Shown here: positions 48,549 to 58,570 of the stretch, piece after piece | Numbering within the stretch: the first letter of the stretch is position 1 | Layout of the letters: every line of letters begins with the position of its first letter | Notes under the pieces: generated by a model | Told to the model about the DNA's origin: nothing | The model's input: the letters and a program-made list of their open reading frames with translations, nothing else | Database searches by the model: none | Translations under genes and position numbers: made by a program | Origin: Parafilimonas sp. | GTDB taxonomy: Bacteria; Bacteroidota; Bacteroidia; Chitinophagales; Chitinophagaceae | Assembly (NCBI RefSeq): GCF_047606085.1 | Contig: NZ_JASGEX010000092.1 | Span: forward strand, 1,631-65,630 | DNA: 64,000 nucleotides | Direction: 5' to 3'

Positions 48549-49232
48549 ATGCAGGCAAAACAAGAAAATGGCCGTAACAGTTATATTTTACAAATGCACC
48601 CTCTGCAAAGAATTGCCATCAGCCTGATCATCAGCGCTACCGTTCTTTTTCTTTTTCACAAAACGCCTTTCCTGATAAACATAATGCTTATATGGGATAT
48701 ATTTTCAATATGCTATCTCATTTTAAGCTGGATAGTTATTGTAAAAAGACCGGTTGCCCAAATAAGAAAAACAGCAAAGAAAGATGATGGAAGCGCTATA
48801 TTTATTTTTATACTGATAGTAGTTTCATCGCTGGCAGGCATGTTCACTATTTTACTGCTCATGCTTTCGCAGCAGGCGGGCTCAGTAAAAGAAAGCCTTT
48901 ACCTGCCTGTGTCTGTAAGCGGCATGATGCTTTCGTGGATAATGGTGCATTCCATCTATACTTTTCATTATGCACACATCTATTATGATGACGATAAGCA
49001 TAATACAGGTAAAGATGCGGCCGGGCTTGAATTTCCCGGAGATGCAAAACCAAACTACCTCGACTTTGCTTATTTTTCTTTTGTAATTGGCTGCACCTTC
49101 CAGGTTTCGGATATTGAAATATCCTCTCCCAAAATAAGGCGGATTGTATTGTTTCACGGCCTGTTATCATTTGTGCTTAACACATTTGTTGTAGCGCTTA
49201 CCATCAATCTTATTGCAGGGCTTAAAAGGTAG
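48549..49232 (+). CDS. DUF1345 membrane protein
   Basis: FHYAHIYY, GLEFPG, PNYLDFAYFSFVIGCTFQVSD. Confidence 0.9.
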   Translation: MQAKQENGRNSYILQMHPLQRIAISLIISATVLFLFHKTPFLINIMLIWDIFSICYLILSWIVIVKRPVAQIRKTAKKDDGSAIFIFILIVVSSLAGMFTILLLMLSQQAGSVKESLYLPVSVSGMMLSWIMVHSIYTFHYAHIYYDDDKHNTGKDAAGLEFPGDAKPNYLDFAYFSFVIGCTFQVSDIEISSPKIRRIVLFHGLLSFVLNTFVVALTINLIAGLKR

Positions 49233-49253
49233 ATCTCTTATATCTGGATTTAC

Positions 49254-49742
49254 ATGAAATTATTGCACATAAAACCATCCATCATTTTTTTCTACTTGCC
49301 TGCTTTTCCCTGGTTGAAACAAGTGCGCAGAAAAACAACCCGCCTTTTAAAGTACTGGCTTTTTATACCGCAAAACAAGACCTTGCCCATATAAGTTTTG
49401 TACATGAGGCAAACAAATGGTTTCCTGAAATTGCCAGGCAATACAATTTCATTTACGACTCAACCAACGACTGGAGCAAACTGAACACCGGATTTTTAAA
49501 GCAATATAAAATTGTTATTTTTCTGGATACAAGGCCCGAAGATCCGCGTCTGCGCCTGGCTTTTGAAGCATATATGAAAGAAGGCGGCGGATGGATAGGC
49601 TTTCATTTTTCTGGCATTGCCTTAACGCCTTCCGGTTACCCGCAAAACTGAAACTTGTATTCTTAATGAATTTATGGACGCAGGCGAATATAAATCCAAT
49701 ACCTGGCGTAATACCATCCTCTGGATGGGGAGAAACAAATAA
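49254..49742 (+). pseudogene. ThuA-like (class I glutamine amidotransferase-like) protein pseudogene
   Basis: Frameshift in T7 at 49285-49291, TGA at 49649, NTWR joined directly to NTILWMG (internal deletion); GGGWIGFH motif. Confidence 0.75.
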
Positions 49743-49822
49743 ACGCTCAAAGCCGATGCATTTTAAAAACGTGTCCTGCCTGATCCTTCTTTTCTATGGT
49801 TTACCGGCATGGCTTATGCACA

Positions 49823-49856
49823 TTAAAAAACCTTTCGTTGCTGAAAGGTTTTTTAA
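49823..49856. terminator. Bidirectional intrinsic terminator
   Basis: TTAAAAAACCTTTC-GTTGCT-GAAAGGTTTTTTAA perfect 14-bp arms. Confidence 0.85.
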
Positions 49857-49873
49857 AATATAGATAGATGATA

Positions 49874-51628
49874 CTATTTCTGACTTTTGCCGGAACCACT
49901 GCCGCTGTTTTTTGATTTATTAAATTTATCGAGCGCAGCCTGTAATTGTTTTCCTGCACCATCTGCATTTTTATATTCCTCTGAATTAGGATCAGGATAT
50001 AAAGCTTTCATCTTTTCAGTTACGTCAATTGCTTTTTGATATTCCTGGTCTTTTGGTATATCGCTGGCATATTGCGCATAATAAATCAACAAATAATAAT
50101 AATTAAAGTACGCTGTCTTTTTATTATCAGCGCCGGTATCTTTTGACAGGAAGTCGTTGTATTGTTCTATGGGCGCTACAGCCAGCCCCCTTGTGGTATC
50201 AGCATCAGTCATTTTTGCAAAACGCGTTCTGAATGAATAACCCTGCGGTTTATCCGGATAAGCGGTTATGTACAGTTGTATAACAGAATCGCCAACAAGG
50301 TATTTTGAAGAATCAAACGTATGAGTGGCATCTGCCGCTTTTGCATCAGTAATAGCCTTTGCCAAAGTAAAGTATTCTGTTTCGGAAAGCTTACCACCTT
50401 TTAAGGCTTCCATTTGCTTAACAATGGATAGCTGTTGTGAAAATTTGCTGTTTTTTGCTGCAATTTCCCCTGCTGTTGTTAAAAACTTTATCTGTTCTTC
50501 TTTTATAGTATCTATGGCAGCAGCTTTTTGCAGATAAGCAATTGCACTGTCTCCTGTCTCCGGGAATTTAGCCAGCACTGTTCCTGCAAATGCGTAATCA
50601 TCAGGCTGGATGGTTTCTGCCGGGGCTGTTGCAAAATATTTCTGGATATATGTTCTGGCTTGTACCGAATCGCCTAATCTATCATAGTTATAAGCATATA
50701 AAACATTTAGTCTTGTATAATTGGCACAGCCGCCATTTTCCATATCCTTTGCTTTCTGCAATGATTCCTGGTACTTGCCGGCCCTTAAAAGATAGTTGCC
50801 TACGAAATATTCTGTTTTACAATCTTTATCTGCATTGGCAATGTATTTATCCAGATATTCTTTTGCGGCAGAAACATCGGTTTCAGAATAAAATTCGAAA
50901 TACTGAAGGTAAACCGGTGCAAAAGCAGGGTCTGCGGCAATTGCTTTTCCATACCATTCATTCATAGACTCCAGGTTGCGCTGGCTTTGATATATCCTGC
51001 CTATCCTGTAAAAACCTCTGGCATACTGCTGGCTGGCGGTAGTTGATTTATTGAAAGCTTCAAAAGCCTCGCCACCATGATCGCCGCCCAGTTTCAGGTA
51101 ACATACGCCCAGGTTATTAAAGATGTCTGGATTTTGAGGAGCTATAGCTGCAGCCTGTTTTAATTTATCAATGCCATAGTTCGGATCGCCTACACCACTG
51201 CCCCCGTCAGCCATGGCACGACCTATTGCATCCAGGATATCAGGGTCAGGCCCTTTATTTTTTCCTTTGGTTTTAGTAGTTGCAGTTATTGCCTGCTCAA
51301 ATTTTTGCTTGGCCGCATTAATATCTCCGCCCTGCAATACATCCACATGGGCGCTGCCAATCCATATCCACGGATCGTTAAGACCTGCATTCAAAGCATT
51401 TTGATATACAATTTTTGCACTATCCAATTGTTCTGCATCCAGGTAAGCCTGTCCAAGCCAGTAAACGGCCTGTGCATCTTTATTGCCCGCTGCAAGTTTT
51501 TGAAATACCTGTTTAGCGCTTGTAAGCCTTTCGTAATACAGAAACTTTTTCCCATCGTCAATGCTCTGTGCAGAAACAATAGCGTACGCGCTTAAGAAAG
51601 TAACAAGAGATAAGATAGTTTTCTTCAT
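49874..51628 (-). CDS. Secreted TPR protein
   Basis: Signal peptide, TPR motifs; follows the PstS-like gene. Confidence 0.85.
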   Translation of the reverse strand: MKKTILSLVTFLSAYAIVSAQSIDDGKKFLYYERLTSAKQVFQKLAAGNKDAQAVYWLGQAYLDAEQLDSAKIVYQNALNAGLNDPWIWIGSAHVDVLQGGDINAAKQKFEQAITATTKTKGKNKGPDPDILDAIGRAMADGGSGVGDPNYGIDKLKQAAAIAPQNPDIFNNLGVCYLKLGGDHGGEAFEAFNKSTTASQQYARGFYRIGRIYQSQRNLESMNEWYGKAIAADPAFAPVYLQYFEFYSETDVSAAKEYLDKYIANADKDCKTEYFVGNYLLRAGKYQESLQKAKDMENGGCANYTRLNVLYAYNYDRLGDSVQARTYIQKYFATAPAETIQPDDYAFAGTVLAKFPETGDSAIAYLQKAAAIDTIKEEQIKFLTTAGEIAAKNSKFSQQLSIVKQMEALKGGKLSETEYFTLAKAITDAKAADATHTFDSSKYLVGDSVIQLYITAYPDKPQGYSFRTRFAKMTDADTTRGLAVAPIEQYNDFLSKDTGADNKKTAYFNYYYLLIYYAQYASDIPKDQEYQKAIDVTEKMKALYPDPNSEEYKNADGAGKQLQAALDKFNKSKNSGSGSGKSQK

Positions 51629-52578
51629 TATTCCGTTGTTTTATTTATGAGATTTGTATTTGACTCCATCATGGATTTTCTTACCGTAAAATTCATTTTT
51701 GCCGGCACAAGATAACTTCTTCTGAATATTAATTGTCCCCGCTCAAGGCTTAAGAAGTTTACAAAACCTGAACCTAACCCTAAGGTGTTTTCTTTCAACA
51801 CAAAAAACAAAGGCCGTACCAAAGGATATTCCCCTGCTGAAATTGTTGCCTGCGAAGGCCTTGCATATATTCCTTCCCCGCAATTTTTGCATTCTACCAG
51901 GCCAAACCTTATAGAATCTTTATATCGTTTCTGCACAGGGTCATCCTCATCCCCAACCCATGAAAAACCAATGAAGCCTATAGCGTTTTCATTGGATGAA
52001 ACGTAACTGATTAAGTCTTTACTATCCGGCGCGGCCATCACATTCTTTCCAAATTCTGCTCCCATTAATAAAGAATCTTTTAACATTCGTACAGTACTTG
52101 TGGCATTCCTCCCATCCACAGCAACCAGTTTGGCGGTATCTTTTCCGCTTAAATACGCTTTAAGTTTATTGATAGTAAAGAGACTGTCTTTTGAATGTTT
52201 GTTTACAATTGCCACAATGGCATCGTAAGCTAAAATATCCCATTGTACTTTAAACGATAATTTCTGTTTATAATACTCGTTTTCTTCCTCGTTCAGGCCC
52301 CTGGAAACAATTATCATTCTTGTACTGTCTTTCTGCAGATCCCTGAAACAATCGGCTTCTGATTTATAACTTGCTTCAATATGCGTTTCCGGATGCGATG
52401 ATTCATACACTTTAATCTGTTCCGTTATTACGGGCTTAAAACTTTCATCAACGCTTATAAAAATTGTACCCTTTACCGGCGAATCGTATTTGTCAACTTT
52501 ATTTCTGCAGTTTACAAAGGCCAAACATAAAAAAACACTTGTATAAAAACCAATAAAAAGCCTGCGCTCGCTCATCAT
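51628..52578 (-). CDS. PstS-like periplasmic substrate-binding lipoprotein
   Basis: GTIFISVDESFKP, AYDAI, YPLVRPL. Confidence 0.8.
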   Translation of the reverse strand: MMSERRLFIGFYTSVFLCLAFVNCRNKVDKYDSPVKGTIFISVDESFKPVITEQIKVYESSHPETHIEASYKSEADCFRDLQKDSTRMIIVSRGLNEEENEYYKQKLSFKVQWDILAYDAIVAIVNKHSKDSLFTINKLKAYLSGKDTAKLVAVDGRNATSTVRMLKDSLLMGAEFGKNVMAAPDSKDLISYVSSNENAIGFIGFSWVGDEDDPVQKRYKDSIRFGLVECKNCGEGIYARPSQATISAGEYPLVRPLFFVLKENTLGLGSGFVNFLSLERGQLIFRRSYLVPAKMNFTVRKSMMESNTNLINKTTE

Positions 52579-52585
52579 TCAAAAA

Positions 52586-52819
52586 TTAATAGTCGTGTTT
52601 TATGCCACGGTACACTCTGAATCCCCCATACAATAAACACAATGCGCCAAAACCATAACGTATAAGCGAATCAAGGCCTGCAATTAAATCCAATCCGATT
52701 TTATCGCCAAAAAAAAGTATAACAGACATACCAATCATAAGGCCGGCCATGGTTAAATCATAAATCATGCGCATTTGCGTATAGCTTTTACGGCGCCTGC
52801 TTTCGAAATCATTATTCAT
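52586..52819 (-). CDS. Small two-TM membrane protein
   Basis: Two hydrophobic helices; LYGGFRVYRG; in operon. Confidence 0.65.
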   Translation of the reverse strand: MNNDFESRRRKSYTQMRMIYDLTMAGLMIGMSVILFFGDKIGLDLIAGLDSLIRYGFGALCLLYGGFRVYRGIKHDY

Positions 52820-52853
52820 TTATAAATTCAAAGTTGGCAATATAAAATATTTT

Positions 52854-53660
52854 TTATTCTTCACTCATAAATGTTACAGGCAAATTAAAATATACTGCAA
52901 CAGCAGTGCCATTTTGCCTGCCAGGTTCCCATAGCGGCATTTTATTAATCACCCTTATCACTTCTTTATCAAGGTCTTCTCTTCCGCTGTTCAGGATTTT
53001 TACCTCCTCAATTTGCCCGTTTTTATTTACAACAAACGATACCCTTACAATGATTTTTTCTCCGGCCTGCAAATCATCGGGTTGTCTTACATTTTTCAGC
53101 ATGAACTTTTTAAGCGCCTCCATCCCACCCGGATATTCCGGCATAACCTGTGCTGTAATCAATGGTTTATCATCTTTTACCGGTTCAGGCTTTACCCCGT
53201 AAGTTCCTTTACCAGCGCCTGTTTCCACAGGCGGTTTAATAGAGCCATCATCATCTGCGCCAATAATATTTTGTGTTCCGATTATACTCCTGTCTAAATC
53301 TTCAAGGGTCGGCATTTCCGTTTTTACATTATCATCAGCAATTACCGGCGCTGAAAATATTTTCCGGTTAAATTTTTTTTCAGCCGGTTTAGTTTTAACA
53401 GGTTCCGGATTTTTAGGAACATCCACTTTTATCAATTCCTGGTTAGGAATAAAAACAACAGGGCCTGCCGGCATAACATTATTTTTATGATGCATAAACT
53501 GTAAAAAAGAAAAAACAGTTGCCATTAAAAAAGTAATACCCGTGGCATACAATATGGTTTTCTTATACGATTTTCTTAGTGCGTACGCACCATAGGTTTT
53601 ATTCCTGTTTTCAAAGAGTATATCAAGCAAATCACCCTGCATAATTTTTTCAGGCAGCAT
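52854..53660 (-). CDS. tonB: Energy transducer TonB
   Basis: DILFENRNKTYGAY.LR, TM, PEYPGG, TonB-C domain. Confidence 0.88.
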   Translation of the reverse strand: MLPEKIMQGDLLDILFENRNKTYGAYALRKSYKKTILYATGITFLMATVFSFLQFMHHKNNVMPAGPVVFIPNQELIKVDVPKNPEPVKTKPAEKKFNRKIFSAPVIADDNVKTEMPTLEDLDRSIIGTQNIIGADDDGSIKPPVETGAGKGTYGVKPEPVKDDKPLITAQVMPEYPGGMEALKKFMLKNVRQPDDLQAGEKIIVRVSFVVNKNGQIEEVKILNSGREDLDKEVIRVINKMPLWEPGRQNGTAVAVYFNLPVTFMSEE

Positions 53661-53958
53661 ACAGTGAAAATTTAATGATGAATAAATATTGTTACAGAGC
53701 GCTCTGTATTTAAGATGCTTTAAAAAAGCAATTCCATAAACACTGAAGTATTTGAAAAAACATACCGGTTTTGATTTCAGCATAGCTGAATGCTTGTTTG
53801 GATACATTATTGTTGCAAATGAATTGCGTAAATACAGGGATTGTTAGTTGCACTGGCGCAATAAAAAATTGTAAATTGCGGAAATTTGAGGGCAGTCCGG
53901 CAATGCGAACTGTGACACCACAGACACAGGCAAGCGAAAAGATTGCGGCCTTTGACAA

Positions 53959-54219
53959 ATGAAAGATATTTTTCCGTTTTACAGTATTGGGCGCTTCATT
54001 AACCAGCCGGCAAACCCGACAGAGTTTGAAATACTGCAGTTTGACAAAATGGAAAAATCCAATGTGAACGACTTTCACAAACACTGCTTTTACGAAATTC
54101 TCTGTGCAGAGAAAGACAAAAGCAAACAGATTATTGACTGCAGCGGGTATGAAGTAAAACCAAACAGTTTGTTTTTTATTTCGCCTAACCAAGTTCACCA
54201 TTTTGAAGAATGGTGCTGA
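53959..54219 (+). pseudogene. AraC-family regulator N-terminal (cupin) fragment, HTH missing
   Basis: FHKHCFYEI and LFFISPNQVH cupin motifs, then stop. Confidence 0.65.
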
Positions 54220-54382
54220 ATTGGTTGCCGCTTCGCCACAAACACCCTGTAATTCTTTGAGCCTTGTTGAAAAAAACGGATTAAAACCTGACGTGCTTAG
54301 CGATAAAAAACAGTTGCCAGCCAGTTTACGGCTGTTTTCAAATACTCTGATAAATCTTTTGAGGCAATGAAAAATCTTGGCT

Positions 54383-54880
54383 TTAGCTCATACTATACAC
54401 TTTCTTCTGTGACGTGGAAATAAGGAAATCAACAGACCTTCTTCCGGCGCCTTCAATCAGAAGAAAAAGACAGGTAAGTATTTGTGCATAGTCGGAACGG
54501 ATTTCGTGTAATACTGCCCAAATGCCCGTTTTTGGCGGGGCTGGCGGCAAAGGCAATGGGCTTGTACCAAAATATAAATCAATTTTAGTACTAAGTACGG
54601 CAACTATCATTTGTACAATAAAATAAAATGCTGTTATCCTTGTCAGTAATCCGAAGATGAGTAACAGCCCGCCAATAATTTCACCTACAGCAATAAAATG
54701 AGCAGTAGTTTCAGGAAAAGGAAAACCCAATTTCGTAAACCTGCCCACACCCTGGTTTGTGTAAACAAATTTTAAAATGCCTTCCCAAAAAAATACGCTT
54801 CCCGCCATTAAACGCAGGATTAAAATAGCAGATTGCCCTGTAACAGGAGGATTGATAAACCAATTGATAATTTTTTTCAT
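54383..54880 (-). CDS. DoxX family membrane protein
   Basis: LRLMAG.VF..EG..KF, EIIGGLLL..G, GAGRRSVD. Confidence 0.88.
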   Translation of the reverse strand: MKKIINWFINPPVTGQSAILILRLMAGSVFFWEGILKFVYTNQGVGRFTKLGFPFPETTAHFIAVGEIIGGLLLIFGLLTRITAFYFIVQMIVAVLSTKIDLYFGTSPLPLPPAPPKTGIWAVLHEIRSDYAQILTCLFLLIEGAGRRSVDFLISTSQKKVYSMS

Positions 54881-55058
54881 TTTTAAAAATTTTATTGTTT
54901 GATAGTGCAAACATCAACACTATACCACAGGCCAAAAAATTACTTACAGCATCTATGCTTTTTTCTTGATTAAAGCCTGCCTTATCAAGAATTTCACATG
55001 GGTTATGTAATAAAATTTACGCCGGTACATACATTGTTACCTTTGAGAAAATAAAAAA

Positions 55059-56073
55059 TTGAAAAACAAAACATTTTTATACCATTCGTTTTTTTGGATA
55101 AGCATATATCTTTTCTGGGTGCTTGTTTTTCGCAGTTATTCGTTTTCCATTACCAAAACAATGACGGTTGAGTTTTGCTATTTAATTTTCATAACAACAG
55201 ATTTTTATGCTGTCAATAATTTCATCGTTCCTCAGTTTCTATTTAAAAGAAAATATATACTTTTTGGGTTGGCTACAATAATCATCATTGCTGTTTCGGC
55301 ATGGTTCAGGGCATTAATAGCTGTTCAAATGAATTTGCATTTTTTTCATGCCCCCCTTAGTTGATTTCAAAACAATATATCTAAATTCAGTAGTCAATAT
55401 TTCTCTTTGGGTATTGTTAGTTACGATAATAAAAATGCTGATTGACAGAATACAAACCCAGCAACAATTAGATTTCCTGGAAAAAGAAAGAATACAAAGT
55501 GAATTAGATTATTTAAAAGCACAAATCAATCCCCACGCACTTTTCAACTCTTTAAATACAATCTATGGCCATATTGACAAAAGCAACCAAACCGCCAGAG
55601 ATGCACTCCTGCAGTTTTCTGAATTATTGAAATATCAACTCTATGAATGCGGGGCAGAAAAAGTGAATGTAGAAAAAGAAATTGCTTATATAAAAAATTA
55701 TGTGGCTTTTCAGAGATTGAGGCAAGATGATAAATTAATTGTAAATATTGACGCGGATAACATTGCATCAGGATCAAAAATTGCCCCGCTTTTAATAGTT
55801 GTGTTAATCGAAAATGCTTTCAAATTTGTAAGCAGTTTTTCCGGCAAACAAAATAAAATCAACATCAAAATATTTACAAAAGGAAATTTAGTGTATTGCT
55901 CTGTTATCAACACCAAAGAAATGCAACACAATTCGGTTAATGTAAATCCGGGAGGAATTGGAATAGTAAATTTAAAAAGAAGACTGGAATTGCTGTATCC
56001 CGATAAACATACGCTTAGCGTGAACAATGAGAATGACTTTTATCAAACAGATTTAATAATAAACTTAGCATGA
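55059..56073 (+). pseudogene. LytS-type sensor histidine kinase split by a one-base frameshift
   Basis: TM part 55059-55364 and LKAQINPHALFN..IENAFK part join if one base is removed from T7/C6 at 55340-55356. Confidence 0.75.
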
Positions 56074-56789
56074 AGCTGAAATGTATTATAATAGACGATG
56101 AACCCATTGCAAGGAAAATATTGCAGGAATTTATTGAAGAAATAGACTATTTGGAGTTTGCAGGCGAGGCTGAAAACCCTTTAAAAGCAATGTCTTTGCT
56201 GAATGATGATAACATTGATCTTATTTTTTTAGACATTAATATGCCTAAAATAAATGGAATTGATTTTCTGAAAAATTCAAAAACTACTGCAAATGTTATT
56301 ATGACAACGGCTTATGCCGAATATGCAGTGGAAGCCTACGGCTTAGATGTTTTGGATTATCTGGTAAAGCCAATTGCCTTTGACAGATTTCTGAAAGCCT
56401 GCAACAAAGCAAAAGAAACAGGCGCATTAAGAAAAAATCTACAAACCCAACCGAACAAATTCGATGACCATTTTTTTATAAAATGCAACAATCAGATCGA
56501 GAAGGTTTTTTATGATGATTTGCTATACGCAGAAGCTATGCTAAACTATGTGATGCTCTGCACCAGTTCAAAAAAAATGATGGTTTATGTTACTATTAAA
56601 AACTTAGAAGAGCAACTGCCTGCCGGCATCTTTATTAAAGTGCACAAATCATTCATTGTGAATAAAACAAAAATAAAAAGTATAGAAGGAAATATTCTGG
56701 ATATAGGAATTGAAAAAATTACAATCAGTCAAAACCTGAGAGAAAAAGTTATTGCTGAAATTGTAAAAGATAAAATGATAAAGCGGTAG
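56070..56789 (+). CDS. LytTR family response regulator
   Basis: IIDDE, FLDINMP, DYLVKP, FIKVHKSFIVN. Confidence 0.93.
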   Translation: MKLKCIIIDDEPIARKILQEFIEEIDYLEFAGEAENPLKAMSLLNDDNIDLIFLDINMPKINGIDFLKNSKTTANVIMTTAYAEYAVEAYGLDVLDYLVKPIAFDRFLKACNKAKETGALRKNLQTQPNKFDDHFFIKCNNQIEKVFYDDLLYAEAMLNYVMLCTSSKKMMVYVTIKNLEEQLPAGIFIKVHKSFIVNKTKIKSIEGNILDIGIEKITISQNLREKVIAEIVKDKMIKR

Positions 56790-56813
56790 CAGAATAAAAC
56801 AGTATTAGAACAA

Positions 56814-57292
56814 ATGGAAATTGATAAACCGGAAATCGTAATAAGACAGCTAAACACAAACGAGGCTATACCTTATGACCTGCTATTGCTTTCAGATGAT
56901 TCGGCAGAAGCCATTGATAAGAACCTTGCCAATGGCGAACTTTATATTGCAAAATAAAAGAGAATATAGCAGGTGCACTTATTTAAAAGTAATTGAAAAT
57001 GGCGCCATCGAAATCAAAAATATTGCCGTAAATGAAGCAGTGCAAGGCAATGGTATTGGTACTATATTATTGCAATACATCATAAAAATGCTAAATACAG
57101 GCAGTTTAAAGCACTTGTCGCAGGTGCCTGCAGCCAATGCCATAAGGAGATACGGTTTTATCAAAAATCAGGATTCGTTGTTTTTTCAATCCGAAAAGAT
57201 TTTTTATAGAAAATTATACAAACCCAATTTATGAAAATAACATTCAAAAAAGGGTATGCAGCCAACATATAAGGTTTAAGAAGAAATGAATG
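56814..57292 (+). pseudogene. GNAT N-acetyltransferase pseudogene
   Basis: IPYDLLLLSD start, TAA at 56955, EIKNIAV..QGNGIG fragment, further frameshifts; end approximate. Confidence 0.7.
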
Positions 57293-57387
57293 AAACGAAT
57301 GGCACAGCAGGCATTTTAAAAAGCAATGTCCATGGCTGCATTTTTTGTAAAACCAAGAATTTGCATTTTTATAAAAATGATAGCTTT

Positions 57388-57395
57388 TACCTTTG
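57388..57395 (+). promoter_or_regulatory. -7 promoter element TACCTTTG
   Basis: TAnnTTTG 32 bp before the desulfurase start. Confidence 0.55.
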
Positions 57396-57427
57396 CCGCC
57401 TGTACTTGATGACTGATTGGATAGATT

Positions 57428-58564
57428 ATGCAAACAAGAATTTATTTTGACAATGCTGCAACCACGCCGCTTGATGCAGAAGTGCTCGATGCAATGATGC
57501 CCTATTTAACCACGTACTTTGGCAATCCTTCTTCTATTTACAGTTATGGCAGGGAGACAAGGCTGGCGGTAGAAAATGCACGAAAAACAGTTGCAAAAAT
57601 TTTAGGGGCTCATCCCGGTGAAATATTTTTTACCAGCGGCGGCACCGAGAGCACCAATATGGCTGTTTGGGCTGCGGTAAACGATTTGGGCTGCGAAAGA
57701 ATCGTCACTTCGCCTTTGGAACATCATGCCACCCTGCATACAGTGGAATATTTACACCGGCAAAAAAATACAGGGCTTGAATTTGTAAAAATTCTGCCTG
57801 ACGGCCATATTGATTTGAATGATCTGGAGAAATTGCTTTCCTCATCCGGTAAAAAAACACTCGTTACGCTCATGCATGCCAATAATGAGATCGGGAATAT
57901 AACTGATATACATACCGTTGGCGGGCTATGCAGGAAATTTGATGCCGTTTTTCACAGTGATACGGTACAAACCGTTGGCCATTTTCCGTTTAATTTACAT
58001 GCAATGCCCGTTGATTTTATAAATGGCGCTGCACATAAATTTCACGGGCCAAAAGGTGTAGGCATTATTTATATAAGTGAAAGAAGGAAAATAAAACCTT
58101 TTATCCAGGGTGGCAGCCAGGAAAGGAATATGCGTGCCGGAACGGAGAATATTTATGGCATTGTTGGAGTTGCCAAAGCATTGGAAATAGCCACAAAAAA
58201 TTATGAAACAGATAAAGCCTATATATACGGCCTGAAAAATTATATGCTGCAGCAATTGCAAAATAATATTGAAGGCGTAAGCTTTAACGGCGATTATGCC
58301 GGCAACAGCTTATACACAGTGCTCAGCGCCAACTTTCCAAAAAATGACAGGAGCGAGCTCCTGCTTTTCAATCTTGATATCAATAATATATGCGCCAGCG
58401 GCGGCAGCGCCTGCGCCAGTGGCGCCAGTACAGGCAGCCATGTGATAAGCGCAATTAACCCGGCTGCTGACATTGATTTTGTAACTGTACGATTTTCTTT
58501 CAGCAAATACAATACAAAAGAAGAGATAGATGCGGTTGTGCATAAGCTGAAAAACATTATATAA
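57428..58564 (+). CDS. iscS: Cysteine desulfurase (IscS/NifS type)
   Basis: YFDNAATT, GNPSS, EHHA, NNEIG, AHKFHGPKG, RAGTEN, SGGSACAS. Confidence 0.88.
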   Translation: MQTRIYFDNAATTPLDAEVLDAMMPYLTTYFGNPSSIYSYGRETRLAVENARKTVAKILGAHPGEIFFTSGGTESTNMAVWAAVNDLGCERIVTSPLEHHATLHTVEYLHRQKNTGLEFVKILPDGHIDLNDLEKLLSSSGKKTLVTLMHANNEIGNITDIHTVGGLCRKFDAVFHSDTVQTVGHFPFNLHAMPVDFINGAAHKFHGPKGVGIIYISERRKIKPFIQGGSQERNMRAGTENIYGIVGVAKALEIATKNYETDKAYIYGLKNYMLQQLQNNIEGVSFNGDYAGNSLYTVLSANFPKNDRSELLLFNLDINNICASGGSACASGASTGSHVISAINPAADIDFVTVRFSFSKYNTKEEIDAVVHKLKNII

Positions 58565-58570
58565 TGCTGT

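Noticed and set aside
53710-54201. 163-aa minus-strand ORF
   Set aside because: Antisense to the AraC fragment and spans the tonB promoter; no recognisable domain
53840-54340. Integron attC-like or gene-cassette boundaries around the AraC fragment (GTTAGTTGCA..., TTGGTTGCCGCT...)
   Set aside because: Only a vague resemblance; no proper RYYYAAC/GTTRRRY pair, no second copy, no integrase
54963-54991. TTCTTGAT-N13-ATCAAGAA as a LytTR operator
   Set aside because: LytTR sites are typically spaced direct repeats; an 8-bp AT-rich inverted repeat is weak evidence
57428-58564. Orphan cysteine desulfurase next to a methyltransferase as a novel sulfur-modification system (e.g. Dnd-like)
   Set aside because: No dnd/ssp, sulfur-carrier or ThiF genes nearby; stand-alone desulfurases are ordinary in this phylum
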